A DNA stretch of 59,494 bases, filler included, from 8 parts of 8 records of this genome joined end to end with filler, not necessarily neighbours in it; one strand, 5' to 3'. Shown: positions 9,747 to 22,094, numbered from the whole stretch's first letter. Notes: generated from the sequence alone by a model not told the origin. Numbers and translations: made by a program.

Positions 9747-10235
9747 ATGGCCGGTTTTGAAATGCTCATCGATTGGGATGATGAAGAGCTTCAGAAGATG
9801 CTCGACGGCATGGTGGTCAATGTCAAGGATGCAAGTCCTGTCATGGAGGACTTTGCCGAATACATGATTACCGAGACCATGGAGCATTTCGAGAAGGAAG
9901 AGAATCCGGAAGGACAAGGTTGGCAGAAGCTAAGCCCTGTCACCATCGAACAGCGGGAGAAAGCCGGAAAATGGCCCGGTAAGATCCTCCAGATGGACGG
10001 CGTTTTGAAAAATTCCATCCAGCGATCCTGGGATGAATCGAGTGCCGAATTGACTGCCGGTCTGGCAGGCAGCGGAATGGAGTATGCCGCCATTCACAAC
10101 GAAGGCGGCATGGCCGGTAGAAATCGCAATGTCGAGATACCCCAGCGTCAATACATGGGCTTCAACGATGACGATATCAAGTACTTCAAAGGGAGCCTGG
10201 CCGGGTGGATCCTCGCCGGAAAGGTAGGGGGATGA
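9747..10235 (+). CDS. Mu gpG-like virion morphogenesis protein
   Basis: FEKEENPEGQGWQKLSP, ILQMDGVL, YAAIHNEGG, IPQRQYMG. Confidence 0.88.
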   Translation: MAGFEMLIDWDDEELQKMLDGMVVNVKDASPVMEDFAEYMITETMEHFEKEENPEGQGWQKLSPVTIEQREKAGKWPGKILQMDGVLKNSIQRSWDESSAELTAGLAGSGMEYAAIHNEGGMAGRNRNVEIPQRQYMGFNDDDIKYFKGSLAGWILAGKVGG

Positions 10236-10236
10236 G

Positions 10237-10650
10237 ATGGATATTTTACTGCCGGAATTGCAGACGTTCCTGCGGGAGAACGTCGACTTTGCAAGGGATT
10301 CGGATATCTGTCTGATTCCCAATCCCGGTGTGATCCCCGAAGAGGCCGGTATGCCCTATGTCGGCATCAAGGACGGCAATGTAACCATTCATGAGCTTGC
10401 CGGAGACACCTTGGAACGAGAGATGCCCATTGAGATCTATATCTATGACCGATTGGATCGCTCCGGATCGAACATCTTGGGTCTGCATGGAAAGGGACGT
10501 CAAATCAGCGAACTTATGAGAAACCACACCTTTCCCGGTTACATGGATGCGGCTTCGCCAAAGGCTGAGATGGCGGTGACGCTGCTCTCCACCAAAAAGG
10601 GTCTTCTGATCCGAAAAGGGCTGAAGTTTCAGTATGAAAGAGAAGAGTAA
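10237..10650 (+). CDS. Putative tail terminator (gp37-like)
   Basis: Position and size only. Confidence 0.5.
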   Translation: MDILLPELQTFLRENVDFARDSDICLIPNPGVIPEEAGMPYVGIKDGNVTIHELAGDTLEREMPIEIYIYDRLDRSGSNILGLHGKGRQISELMRNHTFPGYMDAASPKAEMAVTLLSTKKGLLIRKGLKFQYEREE

Positions 10651-10673
10651 AAATCAAGCAATAGGGAGATTGA

Positions 10674-10843
10674 GTGATGGGATACAGACTCAAACCAGAC
10701 CAAGAAGATTTTGTGATAACGGACGGCCCCCTGGCGGGGATGAATTATGCCCAGGGCGTGGAGTACCCCAAGATTCCCAAGGGTTTTGAGAATTGTTTCG
10801 AACCGGTCGAAAAAGAGCGCGTTATGAAAAAGTCTCAAAAAAA
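10674..10843 (+). CDS. Phage hypothetical protein (3' truncated)
   Basis: GGGAG RBS; ORF runs to the contig end. Confidence 0.55.
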
Positions 10844-10943
10844 NNNNNNNNNNNNNNNNNNNNNNNNNNNNNNNNNNNNNNNNNNNNTTAATTAATTAAN
10901 NNNNNNNNNNNNNNNNNNNNNNNNNNNNNNNNNNNNNNNNNNN

Positions 10944-11172
10944 TATTTAAACCTCTAGACCTTAATAAATCGATAGCATCTATACCGTTTATGCCCGGCA
11001 TATTTACGTCAACAATAGCAATATCAGGATTGTAATCCTGCACAAGAGCCACAAGTTCCACACCGTTATTCGCAACGCCTACAACTTCTACATCATTAAA
11101 TTCTTTATTTATTAGTGCTCTTAGAGATTTGCATTCAATTACTTCATCATCGGCAATTACTATTTTATACAT
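10944..11172 (-). CDS. YesN-like response regulator (truncated)
   Basis: IVIADDE, PDIAIVDVNMPGING receiver motifs. Confidence 0.9.
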
Positions 11173-12739
11173 CCAACTCTGTATCCTTTCCAGTTTGTTT
11201 TCTGATAGGAATTTTAAAGCTCACAATTGTTTTGTCATTATCACTGGTTATAATAAAGTCAACATCATTATTAAAATAAAGGTTCAATCTTTGATATACA
11301 TTTTTCAATCCAATATTATTCGCCTGCATTTTTTCATCAACGATAGATGTCCTTAACTTTTCCAATTTCTCGTTAGATATTCCAACCCCATTATCTTCTA
11401 TCTCAAGATAAATATATCCCTTTCTTGAATACACTCTTACAACTACATAACCACTATCAATCATGGATTCTACACCGTGCATAATCGAATTTTCAACTAA
11501 CGGCTGTAAAATCATTGATGGTATTTCTTGTGAAATACAAGTTTCATCAACTTCAATTATGAATTTAATTCTATCACCAAACCTACATTGCTGTATAAAC
11601 ACATAATTTTCCAAGTTGTCTAATTCACTAGATATAGTTACAGCATTCACATGTTTGCCAAGGCTGTATCTTAATAAATCTGCTGTCGTTTCAATCAGCT
11701 GGGCTGTTTTTGTTGCATCTTCTACATATGCAATATTAGTAATCATATTGAGTGTGTTGAATAAAAAGTGTGGGTTAATGCGTGATTGCAATAATTTAAG
11801 CTGACTTTCCTGCAATGCATTACTTATATGCAAGTTTTCTATCTCAATTTTCCGCAATTGTTCATTTACTCTAGAATCTTCTTCAATGCGAACCAGCTGT
11901 TGTTTTATAGTATCGAGCATCTCATTAAACGCATCTGCAAAAACCGATAGTTCATCGTTTGTTTCTATTACTATATGTTGCTGCTCTTTTTTATTTTTAG
12001 TAACACTTTGTGCAAAAGTCGTTAGTTTTTTTACAGAATTTGTTACTCCTCTAACTACTTTTACATAGAAATATATACTAACTAAAACTGCTAGGAAAAG
12101 CATACAATAATTAAATATTGCCACTCTTCTTTTTGTTATATATATTCTTGATCGTATAGACTCAGTATCCGTTAACATTTCCTTATAAACATCATTGAAC
12201 CTAAGATTAATATATGAAATTGTTTTCTGAGTTTCTTCATATAATTGTTCAATAGAATCATAGTATCCACTTTTATCGTCATCAACTAAATTAATATATT
12301 CTCTTAAATTTGCTACAAGCTCATCGCTTTGCTCAACATATGTGTCAATCATATAACACATATCCATTTGCTCTCGAGAATAATCATTATCAACTTTATC
12401 AAAAAAATGGTTTAAAAGTCGTTTGAGTTCTTCACTTTGATCTTCATATTCTCTTATATTTGGTTCTCTTAAGTATAAAAAACAGTAGTAAACACTTTGA
12501 TTTAACGATTCTGTACCAACAACTATAGTATTAAATTCTGCCATATTATTTAATAACTGTTCATAGTCAGATGAAATCACGGTAACTACTATAGATGAAA
12601 CAGAAAAAATTAATAAAACTATAATTAGCATCAATATATAGCCAAAAATATATTTCCTACTCAAATTAGTAGAGATATAGGGCCAAAAAAATTTCAATCC
12701 TTCACCCTTGATCTTATTCGCCAATATACTTTCCCTCAT
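11165..12739 (-). CDS. YesM/LytS-type sensor histidine kinase
   Basis: Two TM segments, HAMP, QSRINPHFLFNTLN, LQPLVENSIMHG, EDNGVG. Confidence 0.93.
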   Translation of the reverse strand: MRESILANKIKGEGLKFFWPYISTNLSRKYIFGYILMLIIVLLIFSVSSIVVTVISSDYEQLLNNMAEFNTIVVGTESLNQSVYYCFLYLREPNIREYEDQSEELKRLLNHFFDKVDNDYSREQMDMCYMIDTYVEQSDELVANLREYINLVDDDKSGYYDSIEQLYEETQKTISYINLRFNDVYKEMLTDTESIRSRIYITKRRVAIFNYCMLFLAVLVSIYFYVKVVRGVTNSVKKLTTFAQSVTKNKKEQQHIVIETNDELSVFADAFNEMLDTIKQQLVRIEEDSRVNEQLRKIEIENLHISNALQESQLKLLQSRINPHFLFNTLNMITNIAYVEDATKTAQLIETTADLLRYSLGKHVNAVTISSELDNLENYVFIQQCRFGDRIKFIIEVDETCISQEIPSMILQPLVENSIMHGVESMIDSGYVVVRVYSRKGYIYLEIEDNGVGISNEKLEKLRTSIVDEKMQANNIGLKNVYQRLNLYFNNDVDFIITSDNDKTIVSFKIPIRKQTGKDTELDV

Positions 12740-13681
12740 CGCTTAAGTCTTCTTTTGTAATATAGTCAACTCCCGTAAAAACAACATTCTTTTCATAAAA
12801 GCCATCTTGTTGAAAATGATATAACTCGCAAATTATTTTCTCCCCATTTCAATGGGTTTTTGAACAACTAAACTATCTATCACACCAATCCGCAATCCTG
12901 CAATAACATCATCACCATAATCAAACGCCATGATGTTTTTAATACGATTGTCTCTTGATTCAAGCATTGTCCCAAAAGTTTGTCCGCTCGTTCCTTCAAG
13001 GCATACAATAGTATCTACAGAAGGTTCGTTTTCCAGTAAGCTTTCATATTTACGCATAGCTGTCATAGTATCAAAATCATTGTATTCAACACTGACTATT
13101 TTTATATCCTCTTGTTTAGAAATTGTGTGTTTTAATCCTTCTAGACGCTGTTGAATATTATTATACCCTTCTGCCCCCAATATCACACCAATATTCGCAT
13201 GACCTTGAGATGTTTCAATCAACTTCTCACCCATTAATTCACCTGCTGCATAGTTATCTGTACCGACATAAATATGCGTAGAAAACGTCTTAACATCCGA
13301 ATCTACGAATCCAATAGCTATACCTTGTTCACGCGCTTTTTCTAGTGCTTCAATATATTTCGAATCATCAATTCCTTGCACAACAATAGCGTCTACTTTA
13401 GATATTGTAGCCTGATTGATATACTCTATCATTTGATCAATATTGTAATTCAACTGCGGAATACATATTTTTACATCTATTTGTAATTTTTCTGATGCAG
13501 ATTGCACACCTTTTGCTACATAAGACCAATATCCAAAATCTTCGTGCGGTATTACTGCAGTAATTCGCATTGTATTTGAGTCAAACCCATTATCATCAGT
13601 ACTTGGACTACAGCTAACTAAAATTATCAATACCAATAATACAGCAAACAGAAAACATACCTTTTTTCTCAACCAAACCAA
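12714..13681 (-). CDS. Sugar-binding lipoprotein (apparent frameshift at 12842-12845)
   Basis: Lipobox, YVGTDNYAAG; adding one G restores a typical C-terminus ...VFTGVDYITKEDL ending at 12714. Confidence 0.82.
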
Positions 13682-13807
13682 CTCCTTGATAAAAGCTTTT
13701 ATTATTTACACTGCCGTAAATATGTTTACAAAGGCATCAAGTTTAATAAAACACAGATCTAGTTTCAATTGATGCCTCGTTAATAAACAGCATACTTTAA
13801 TTCTGTA

Positions 13808-14808
13808 TCATTTTTTCATGGAATATTTTCGCATGTCAATCGCAACTGCTGAAATAATGATCAAACCTTTAACAATATATTGCCAATAAGGACTGATACC
13901 GATAAATGTTAAACCATAACTAATAACATTAAATATAAGAACCCCAGCTACAACACCGACTACATTTCCAACACCACCATTAAGTGAGCATCCACCAACA
14001 ATACAAGAAGCAATAGCATCAAGCTCATATGCATTACCATAACTACTTGTTGCACTTCCTGTACGTGCAGACTCTAAGCCACCTGCTAATCCATAACAAG
14101 CTCCAGCTAACGCAAATGTTAGCAATTGTATTCTATTTACATTTATCCCTGATACTCTTGCAGCTTCAATATTTCCTCCAACAGCAAAAATCTCTTTTCC
14201 AAGAATAGTTTTTGTCTGTAATATCCACACCATTATAACACAAATTATAGCGATAATTAGTATATATGGTATTCCAATAAACGAACCTGTTCCAAGTGTT
14301 CCAAATTCATCCACATAACTTCCAAGCGGCTGAGAACTGTTGGGCTCAAGATTGTAATAAAGACTATTTACTCCTAATACTATCATCGCAGAGCCCAACG
14401 TCGCCAAGAAAGCCGGAACTTTAAGTTTTGAAACAACATATCCGTTCAATAGTCCAACCAACACACCAACAAGTATTGTTGCAAGAATTGGCACAAAAAT
14501 AGGTAACTCGGGTAAGTTTGGCCAAAACTTCAAGTAGTAATCACTTTTTTGAGCAAGCGATCCTGCTACAACAGCAGCAATACCAACTACACGTCCTCCT
14601 GAAAGATCTGCAGAACCTGAAATTAATATAAACATACAACCCATTGCAACGATAATTCTGACTGAACTTTGCATTAAAATATCACGAAAGACCCTGAACG
14701 AGAGAAACTTTGGTGATATAATTGAAATTATTATTACTATAAAAAGCAAAATGACTAATATAGCATTTTTCAAAAAAAGTTTTTTATTTTATCCTTCTTA
14801 AAAATCAT
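13808..14808 (-). CDS. mglC: Galactoside-type ABC permease (MglC-like; apparent frameshift near the start)
   Basis: DLSGGRVVG, FAVGGNIEAARVSG, YELDAIA; the ATG at 14808 with AAGGAG RBS is one base out of frame across homopolymer runs. Confidence 0.8.
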
Positions 14809-14824
14809 TTTAATATTCTCCTTA

Positions 14825-16354
14825 TCATACTGTATACGAACTAGCCAAATGCATAATTTTTTCTTCAGTTGCATCTTTGCCATCGATTATTCCAGATAAG
14901 TGACCATCGTACATAACCATAATTCGATCTGACATACCCATAAGCTCAGGCATTTCTGAGCTAACAATTATTATAGATTTTCCCTCACAAGCCATCTTTT
15001 GTATGAGTGAATAAATTTCATACTTTGCTCCAACATCAATCCCACGCGTTGGTTCATCTAAAATCAATATATCCGGTTGAGTCAATAACCAACGTCCCAA
15101 AAGCACTTTTTGTTGGTTACCTCCAGAAAGATACTGTATTTGTGTCATGATATTTGGTGCTTTTATAGATAATGATTTGACATGTTTTGTTGTTTGTCGT
15201 TTTCTTTTTTTGTTATTTATTAACATCAATTTATTTCTATAATTCTTTTTTGATGCTGTTTGCTTTGCTAGCACAGTATTCTCCATTACAGATAGCATGG
15301 ATATGATTCCAGTACTGCGTCTATCTTCAGTCAACAAGGCCATCCCATTTTTAATTGCATCTTTCGGACAAGAAATCTCAACTTCTTTACCATCAATTGA
15401 TATTTTACCTTGAATTGTTTTCCTTAATCCAAAAATCGCTTCTATTAATTCAGTTCGTTGAGAGCCAACAAGGCCTCCAATACCAACCACTTCTCCTCTA
15501 CGAACAGAGAAAGATACATTCTTGAATGATTTAGGATTTTCCGAAGTCAGATTTTCTACCTTAAGATAGTTTTCAGCTGGTTTATTTAGCCTTTTCGGTA
15601 TTCTATCTTTCAATTCTCTACCGACCATCCTGCTGATTATCATATCTTGGGTTAGTTGCTTTGAATCCCAATTTCCAACAAACATTCCATCTCGAAGAAT
15701 TGTCACTTCATCTGATATCTGCAATATTTCTTCAATCTTATGGGATATATATATAATTGCTACATTTTGTTTTCTTAATTTGTCGATAATTTCAAACAGT
15801 AATTTTGTTTCAGTTTCTGTTAGAGATGACGTTGGTTCGTCCATTATGATAACTTTAGCATTATATGATACTGCTCGAACGATTTCTATTAGTTGACAAT
15901 GTGAAACACTTAAATCGCCAACCATAGTTCTTACATCTACGTCTATATCCAATTCTTTTAGTAACGCTTGAGTATCAGAAAGCATTTTCTTTTTATCTAC
16001 AAACTTTACGCCTAGAACTTTTTTATAAGGTATTCTACCAATCCAAAGGTTTTCCATAACATTTTGAGTATTAACTGGATGTAATTCTTGATGAATCATT
16101 GAAATTCCCTTATCCATAGCATCACGTGCGCATGACAACTTAACCTCTTGCCCCTCAATATATATATGCCCTTCATCAGGCGTGTAAATACCAAATACAC
16201 ATTTCATTAATGTAGACTTTCCTGCCCCATTTTCACCCATTAACGCATGAACTGTACCAGGCTTTATAGATAAATTAACATTATTAAGAGCAATAACACC
16301 AGGGAATCTTTTTGTGATGTTTTTCAGCTCTAGCACGACTTTAGAACTATTCAT
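14825..16354 (-). CDS. mglA: Sugar ABC ATPase (MglA-like)
   Basis: GENGAGKST, MDEPTSSL, LSGGNQQK, LDEPTRGIDVGAK. Confidence 0.9.
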   Translation of the reverse strand: MNSSKVVLELKNITKRFPGVIALNNVNLSIKPGTVHALMGENGAGKSTLMKCVFGIYTPDEGHIYIEGQEVKLSCARDAMDKGISMIHQELHPVNTQNVMENLWIGRIPYKKVLGVKFVDKKKMLSDTQALLKELDIDVDVRTMVGDLSVSHCQLIEIVRAVSYNAKVIIMDEPTSSLTETETKLLFEIIDKLRKQNVAIIYISHKIEEILQISDEVTILRDGMFVGNWDSKQLTQDMIISRMVGRELKDRIPKRLNKPAENYLKVENLTSENPKSFKNVSFSVRRGEVVGIGGLVGSQRTELIEAIFGLRKTIQGKISIDGKEVEISCPKDAIKNGMALLTEDRRSTGIISMLSVMENTVLAKQTASKKNYRNKLMLINNKKRKRQTTKHVKSLSIKAPNIMTQIQYLSGGNQQKVLLGRWLLTQPDILILDEPTRGIDVGAKYEIYSLIQKMACEGKSIIIVSSEMPELMGMSDRIMVMYDGHLSGIIDGKDATEEKIMHLASSYTV

Positions 16355-16483
16355 ATTTGTTCCTTTCCAACATATTTCCCTACTTATACATTACATTTTA
16401 AAGCCACACAGACCCAAGTATTGACATGGGTCTGCGAGATTTTTTCAATTTAGTAATAAATAAATTTTATACTTCTTAATACT

Positions 16484-17587
16484 TTAGTAAGCTGCGTCTT
16501 CAGTATTTTCAGCAGTAATTGCTATAAAGTCCAGCATAATGTGTTGTCCCTCAACTGAAACACCATCAATTCCAATAGCCTCTGTTGTTACTTCTTCACC
16601 TTGGATCATCAGTTCAACTAATTTATTTGTAACTTGACCAAGCTTCACTGGATTATTTAGCGCTGTACCAAGGTATGTACCTTCTTTAATCGCCTCAACA
16701 CCAACAGCTGTTGCATCAACGCCTAGTACTGGGATAAAACTATTATCATCTGCAAAGAAACCAGCAGCTTTTAATGCTCCAATTGCACCTAGAGCCATAT
16801 CATCATTGCATGCAAATACAGCTTCTACATCATCTTGACGAGCTTGAAGAATTGAAGCAACAGTATCTTGAGCTTCTGCACGTTGATAGTGGCAAAGTCC
16901 TTCCTGTACTAGTTCTGTTTCAATACCTGCTGCTTCAACAGTAGCAATTGACTCAGACGCACGTACAATTGTATCATAGTGATCTTGTAAACCAAGCAAC
17001 ATGATATAGTCCATTTTTCCGTTTCCATTTCTATCTGCTTCCGGATGTGCATTCCAATATTCTGTTACAATCTCACCCATGATAACACCAGACTGCTCAG
17101 CTTTTGATGAGATATGCCATGCTCTATCATACATTGCTAATTCTTCATCAGATGGACTAGTACAGTTCACAAATAAAATAGCAACATCCTCTTCCATTGC
17201 TTTTTTAATCATGTTTCCAGATTCATTTACATTGATATTATTTACAAGCAAGTAGTCCACTTCTTGAGTGTATAAGTTATTTATGTTACTTACTTGTGTA
17301 GGTATTTCGCCAAGACTATCCGCTTCAATCAAATCATAAACATCTCCATTTTCAGCTGAATCAGATAATGATTTACGAGCGTTTGAAATGAATGTATCTG
17401 AGTAATTGTACCAACATACACCCACCAGTGGTCTTTCTGCACTTTCTTCCGCGGTTTCTACAACTGCTTCTTCTTGTACAGCTTCAACTGCATCACTTTG
17501 CTCCGTTGCAGTCTGCTCTTGTGCACTACATGCGATACAAGCCAACGTCATCACTAGTACCAAAAGAATTGCCAATAATTTTTTCAT
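16484..17587 (-). CDS. mglB: Galactose/glucose-binding lipoprotein (MglB-like)
   Basis: Lipoprotein signal, DRNGNG Ca-binding-like loop, CNDDMALGA, GVDAT. Confidence 0.78.
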   Translation of the reverse strand: MKKLLAILLVLVMTLACIACSAQEQTATEQSDAVEAVQEEAVVETAEESAERPLVGVCWYNYSDTFISNARKSLSDSAENGDVYDLIEADSLGEIPTQVSNINNLYTQEVDYLLVNNINVNESGNMIKKAMEEDVAILFVNCTSPSDEELAMYDRAWHISSKAEQSGVIMGEIVTEYWNAHPEADRNGNGKMDYIMLLGLQDHYDTIVRASESIATVEAAGIETELVQEGLCHYQRAEAQDTVASILQARQDDVEAVFACNDDMALGAIGALKAAGFFADDNSFIPVLGVDATAVGVEAIKEGTYLGTALNNPVKLGQVTNKLVELMIQGEEVTTEAIGIDGVSVEGQHIMLDFIAITAENTEDAAY

Positions 17588-17834
17588 TTTTATTCCTCCA
17601 GAAATTTAAAATAAATTAGTAAAACTAATCTTAAAACAAAATTATCACATATGATTAACCAATTAAATTCAACATTATTGCTAAAGGTTATCCATTTTTG
17701 TTTACTCTGATACTTTTTTGCTATTTATTTAAATATCTTGTCATCTACTATATATAAAATGGTATAAAAATAACCCTGCATTATTACAGAGTTATTTCGT
17801 TATGCTAATTAAACACTGTTTATTTTATCATCAT

Positions 17835-18683
17835 CTAGCCCTGCTCTTCTTGGCAAACAAAAGAAGCTTCACTATATTCATATCTTTTTAACTTACCGTA
17901 ATTTTTGAACATTGTTTCAGCTTTTTGTGAATACGCAGGAAATCCAAACCCTGCTGTGTCTTGAGACGATTCAATTGTTCCACTAATAAGCTTTTTATCC
18001 AGCTCAATAAAGTCGTCAATATATTGATCTGGCTCTAGCATGAAGCCATTATGTGATGGACAGATAAAATCATATTCTGAACGTAGTTTTTTTAATTTTT
18101 CCATGTTTTTTTTATGTATTTTAGCCACTTGAGTAGTTGGCATATTATTGTTACGTACAAATAGCAAAACTTGCCCTGCCTCTATCTCATCACCCGTAAA
18201 CAACAGTCTCTTCTTTTTGTCAAGTAAAGCTATACTGCTTTCATTATGGGCAGCAATTGAAATAATCTCAATATCTCTTCCATGCCCAAGCGATATAATA
18301 TCCCCATCTTTAATACTTTGTTTTTTATAGTTTTTATATGGCTTTTCTTTAAAAAAATCAGCTTCTTTTTTAGTAAAAGGTTTATCAGCCTGCAAAAATG
18401 CTTCTTTTGACATACCAACTTCTTCCCACCATCCATTCCCACCAGTGTGATCAAAATGCCCATGCGTATTAATAATAATTAGCGGTTTATCTGTAATGCT
18501 CTCAACCAATTTTCTAATATTACCTTCACCATTTCCCGTATCTATTAAAATTGCTTTATCATTTCCAATTAGTAGATACATGAAGTTTTTCCAACGGTTT
18601 GTTATAACCCATACACCATTCATTACCTTCCAATGACCATACAATAATCCTAATTCATCAATATTCTCATCTCGATAAACCAT
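17835..18683 (-). CDS. MBL-fold metallo-hydrolase
   Basis: LIDTG, THGHFDHTGG, LFTGD, PSH. Confidence 0.9.
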   Translation of the reverse strand: MVYRDENIDELGLLYGHWKVMNGVWVITNRWKNFMYLLIGNDKAILIDTGNGEGNIRKLVESITDKPLIIINTHGHFDHTGGNGWWEEVGMSKEAFLQADKPFTKKEADFFKEKPYKNYKKQSIKDGDIISLGHGRDIEIISIAAHNESSIALLDKKKRLLFTGDEIEAGQVLLFVRNNNMPTTQVAKIHKKNMEKLKKLRSEYDFICPSHNGFMLEPDQYIDDFIELDKKLISGTIESSQDTAGFGFPAYSQKAETMFKNYGKLKRYEYSEASFVCQEEQG

Positions 18684-18868
18684 AATATATTACTCCCTTT
18701 CAATAAGATTAAGCTTTTATTTTTATTAATCGTTTAAGCAAGTATAGTATTACTTCTTCTAAAGTTCAATTGAAAATATTTGCTGTATTTCTTCTTCTAC
18801 ATTAGTTATATCTATATTCCCAACAGTTGATTCCTCCAGATTACTATTGCTGCATCCAACCATCATAA

Positions 18869-19715
18869 CGATTCTGATGTAAAAAATCTGATATAAATAA
18901 AGATGTAAAGCTCAGTATGGTATAATTATGCAAATATATTATATGGGGTTATTGTTTTGGCAAAGAATCTATTTATTTTTAAAACATTTTGAGAAAGAAA
19001 TTATATTGTTGTGCGTCAGATGGTATCTAAAATACCCACTGAGTTACAGAAATTTGGTGGAAATGATGTCAGAGCGTGAAATCGATGTTTACCATACAAC
19101 GATTATGCGTTGGTTTCATCAGTATGCGCCGATTCTCGAAGAAAAACTAAGGAGATATATAAACCAGACAAATGATTCTTGGAGAGTTGATGATACATAT
19201 ATAAAAATCAAGGTTAAGAATGTATATTTATATCGAGCAATTGATTCAAAAGGAAACACTATTGACTTCTACGTCTCAGAACGAAGAACCAAGGGTGCGA
19301 GAGGTTTTTTCAAGAAAGCTTTGAAAAAACAACATAATCAAATACCAAGGGCAATCACAACTGACAAATATGGGGCAACAGAGATGGCAATATTAGAAGA
19401 GAAATATTACGGTGATTTGAGCTGTAGAACCGAACATCGAATAATCCAATACCTGAATAACATTGTTGAGCAGAATCATCGATTTATAAAAAAGAAAACG
19501 AACGCAATGCTCGGATTTAAGAGTCATCAGGCGGCGAAAATCACAATTGCTGGTTTTGAAATAATGCATATAATCCATAATGGGCAGATAGAGAATATTC
19601 AATGTGCTCGTTCTGAGCTACAATTTATAAGTGAGATAATGGAAGAAGCAGCTTAAACGTTGGAATAAATCATAATATAAGAGACTATTTTAATAGCAAT
19701 AGCACAACAAGAAAT
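18869..19715 (+). mobile_element. Decayed IS6-family element (transposase 18928-19656)
   Basis: VRWYLKYPLSYRNL, SWRVDDTYIK, YLYRAIDSKGNTIDF, YLNNIVEQNHR; degenerate terminal repeats, so boundaries are approximate. Confidence 0.8.
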
Positions 19716-19790
19716 TCTCTTTTACACAAAGTCCGTTACAGTCTCTTTGTTTTATTTCTAAACTCTTGTAATAGCATTTATATTATAAAT

Positions 19791-21250
19791 CTAATTACGA
19801 AATATTTTTTCCGTTTTATTCCTTATTAGCTTATTAATTTTACCAAGAATATTAATTCGCTTTTTATTGTAAGTATTTTTTTGATTTAGTTCTATCTTTC
19901 TTTTCTTTTTACCTTTAACAAGACTATTCAACTCAAAAACTATATTTTCGAGTGTACTCGACTCATTCTTAAGTTGCTCCGCCGCCGACACACTTTCTAC
20001 AGCCAATTCTGCATTTTGCTGAACTGCACTTTCAATCTGCCCAACAGCAACAGTATCCTGCGAAATCCCTTTTGACTGTTCTTCACTAGCATTTGTAATA
20101 TCACTAACCAATTTCTTTACATTTTCTGTCTTTATCATTATCTCTTGTAAAGAAATATTAATATCCTCACTATTTGATATCCCTTGCTCCGAAAGTTCAA
20201 TGTTTCTGTCAATAATTTCAGCGGTATCTTTTGCAGCCTTTGCGCTCTTTCCTGCAAGACTTCGCACTTCCTCAGCAACAACCGCAAAACCAAGACCTGC
20301 ATCACCTGCTCTTGCAGCTTCAACTGCTGCATTTAACGCCAACATATTAGTTTGAAATGCTATATCGTCTATCACCTTAATTATTTTTGCAATCTCAGTA
20401 CTGGAACGTTTCAATTCATCCATAAAAACATTCATAAGTTGTATCTTTCCAACACCTTCACTTGCGACTTGGCTAGCTTCAATAGACAGAGAATTTGTTT
20501 TCCTTGTATTTCCTGTATTTTGGTTCACCATTGACGATGTCTCTTCCATCGTTACTGATGTTTCTTCTATTGATGCCGCCTGTTCCGTTGAGCTTTAAGA
20601 AAGCATTTGGCTTGCAGATGTTAATTTAGTTGACTGCGATAAAATCGAGTGCGCAGAATCAGACAATTTATCAACATTTGTTTTTACTTTCTTATATAAA
20701 CCGCGAGAAATAAGAATCGACAGTAATATTCCAATAATTACGCTCATAACCCCTAACAATATAGAGTTTATGATGGCACTTGTTCTATCCCTAGATATTT
20801 TAGCTTTTTCAGAATTAGTAATCTCTTCTGCAACATCCGTAATGTTCAATGTCAAAGCTCTTATTTTTTCCTTTTCAGCCAATTGAAAATATAATAATTC
20901 TTTGTAAGCTTCATATTTTTCTGTATAAACATCTAATCGATTCCTAATACCATCATATCTTCTTCTTTATCAAAACTATCATATAGCCAATCACAATGCG
21001 CCTTTACAGTATCTATATATTTATAAACTTCGTCGTCATAAGATTCGCTACCAATAAGAAGATAGCGAAGTTCATTAATCATTGTATTTTGGGTTGCTAT
21101 AATAGCCTCATTTGTATTTGAAGCTTCTTCATATTCATCTACTATTTGCAAAGTTAGTTGATCGTTATTAATCTTATCTTGTCTAGTAGCATTACTAGAT
21201 CTTATAGAAATAACATCACTATCCTGTAATAAAACAAGTCTATACAATAT
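19791..21250 (-). pseudogene. Methyl-accepting chemotaxis protein pseudogene
   Basis: [20 protein letters not shown] core; in-frame TAA at 20595-20597, frameshift near 20935, and no N-terminus or RBS. Confidence 0.85.
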
Positions 21251-21275
21251 CTTTTTTAGTTCTTAAATTCGCTTT

Positions 21276-21994
21276 TTAATACATATCTTCAACGGTATCA
21301 ACAAACCCTAATTCAAATTCAAACTCTACTTTCTCGCCACTCATTAAAATAGGAATAGTTTTTTCCTTAGTTACTACATCCCGACCCAGCGGCAAACAAT
21401 TCGCAGGTTCTAACCCTAATACATATTCTCCTTCGCCCATCTGCTTCCATTGTGACAAAATTGGCAGCTCATTTTTATCATATTTTATATAACATCCAAT
21501 TCCAGCAAACCCAATCTTCGGATTAAAAACTCCAACTTTAACATCATCTGTATCAAATTCGTGAAAGAAAACTTGTTCTTTATATTCAGACATCGGGTTT
21601 TCAAATTTATCATATCTATTTATCCCTTGCTCAGCATCCTCGTCTCTCGGAAGCACTTTATTGCTTGAAATTATTAATTTTGCTTTCTCACTCATTAAAG
21701 GATACCCAAAATTATAATGATACAGCACCATAATCGGTTCATTATTGAATCCATGGTTTTCTACTGTATCCTTAATCTTAATCTTGTTTTCACCAAGTTT
21801 TAGCGATATCTCACGAAACAACGATAAATTCTCTCCAAAAAAACATGTTTGATGCATACTACCACTAATTCTTATATAATAATCATCTTGATGCCATTCA
21901 GATGAAATGTTCAAATTCTCCGCAGGAGTATTAGCAATCAAATCATGAAATGCAAAACTTTCACCATCTATGTTGCAGCTAGGTCCAGTGTTAC
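21276..21994 (-). CDS. Aldose 1-epimerase family protein (5' truncated)
   Basis: LYHYNFGYPL, EQVFFH, YVLGLEP. Confidence 0.85.
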
Positions 21995-22094
21995 NNNNNN
22001 NNNNNNNNNNNNNNNNNNNNNNNNNNNNNNNNNNNNNNTTAATTAATTAANNNNNNNNNNNNNNNNNNNNNNNNNNNNNNNNNNNNNNNNNNNN

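Larger units (their letters stand above)
5163..10843 (+). mobile_element. Mu-like (pro)phage head morphogenesis module (fragment)
   Basis: Co-oriented MuF, protease/scaffold, decoration, major capsid, gp36-like, gpG-like and gp37-like genes. Confidence 0.9.

Noticed and set aside
20595-20597. In-frame TAA in the MCP gene as stop-codon recoding
   Set aside because: The same gene has another frameshift and no 5' end, lies next to a decayed IS6, and neighbouring genes use TAA as stop.
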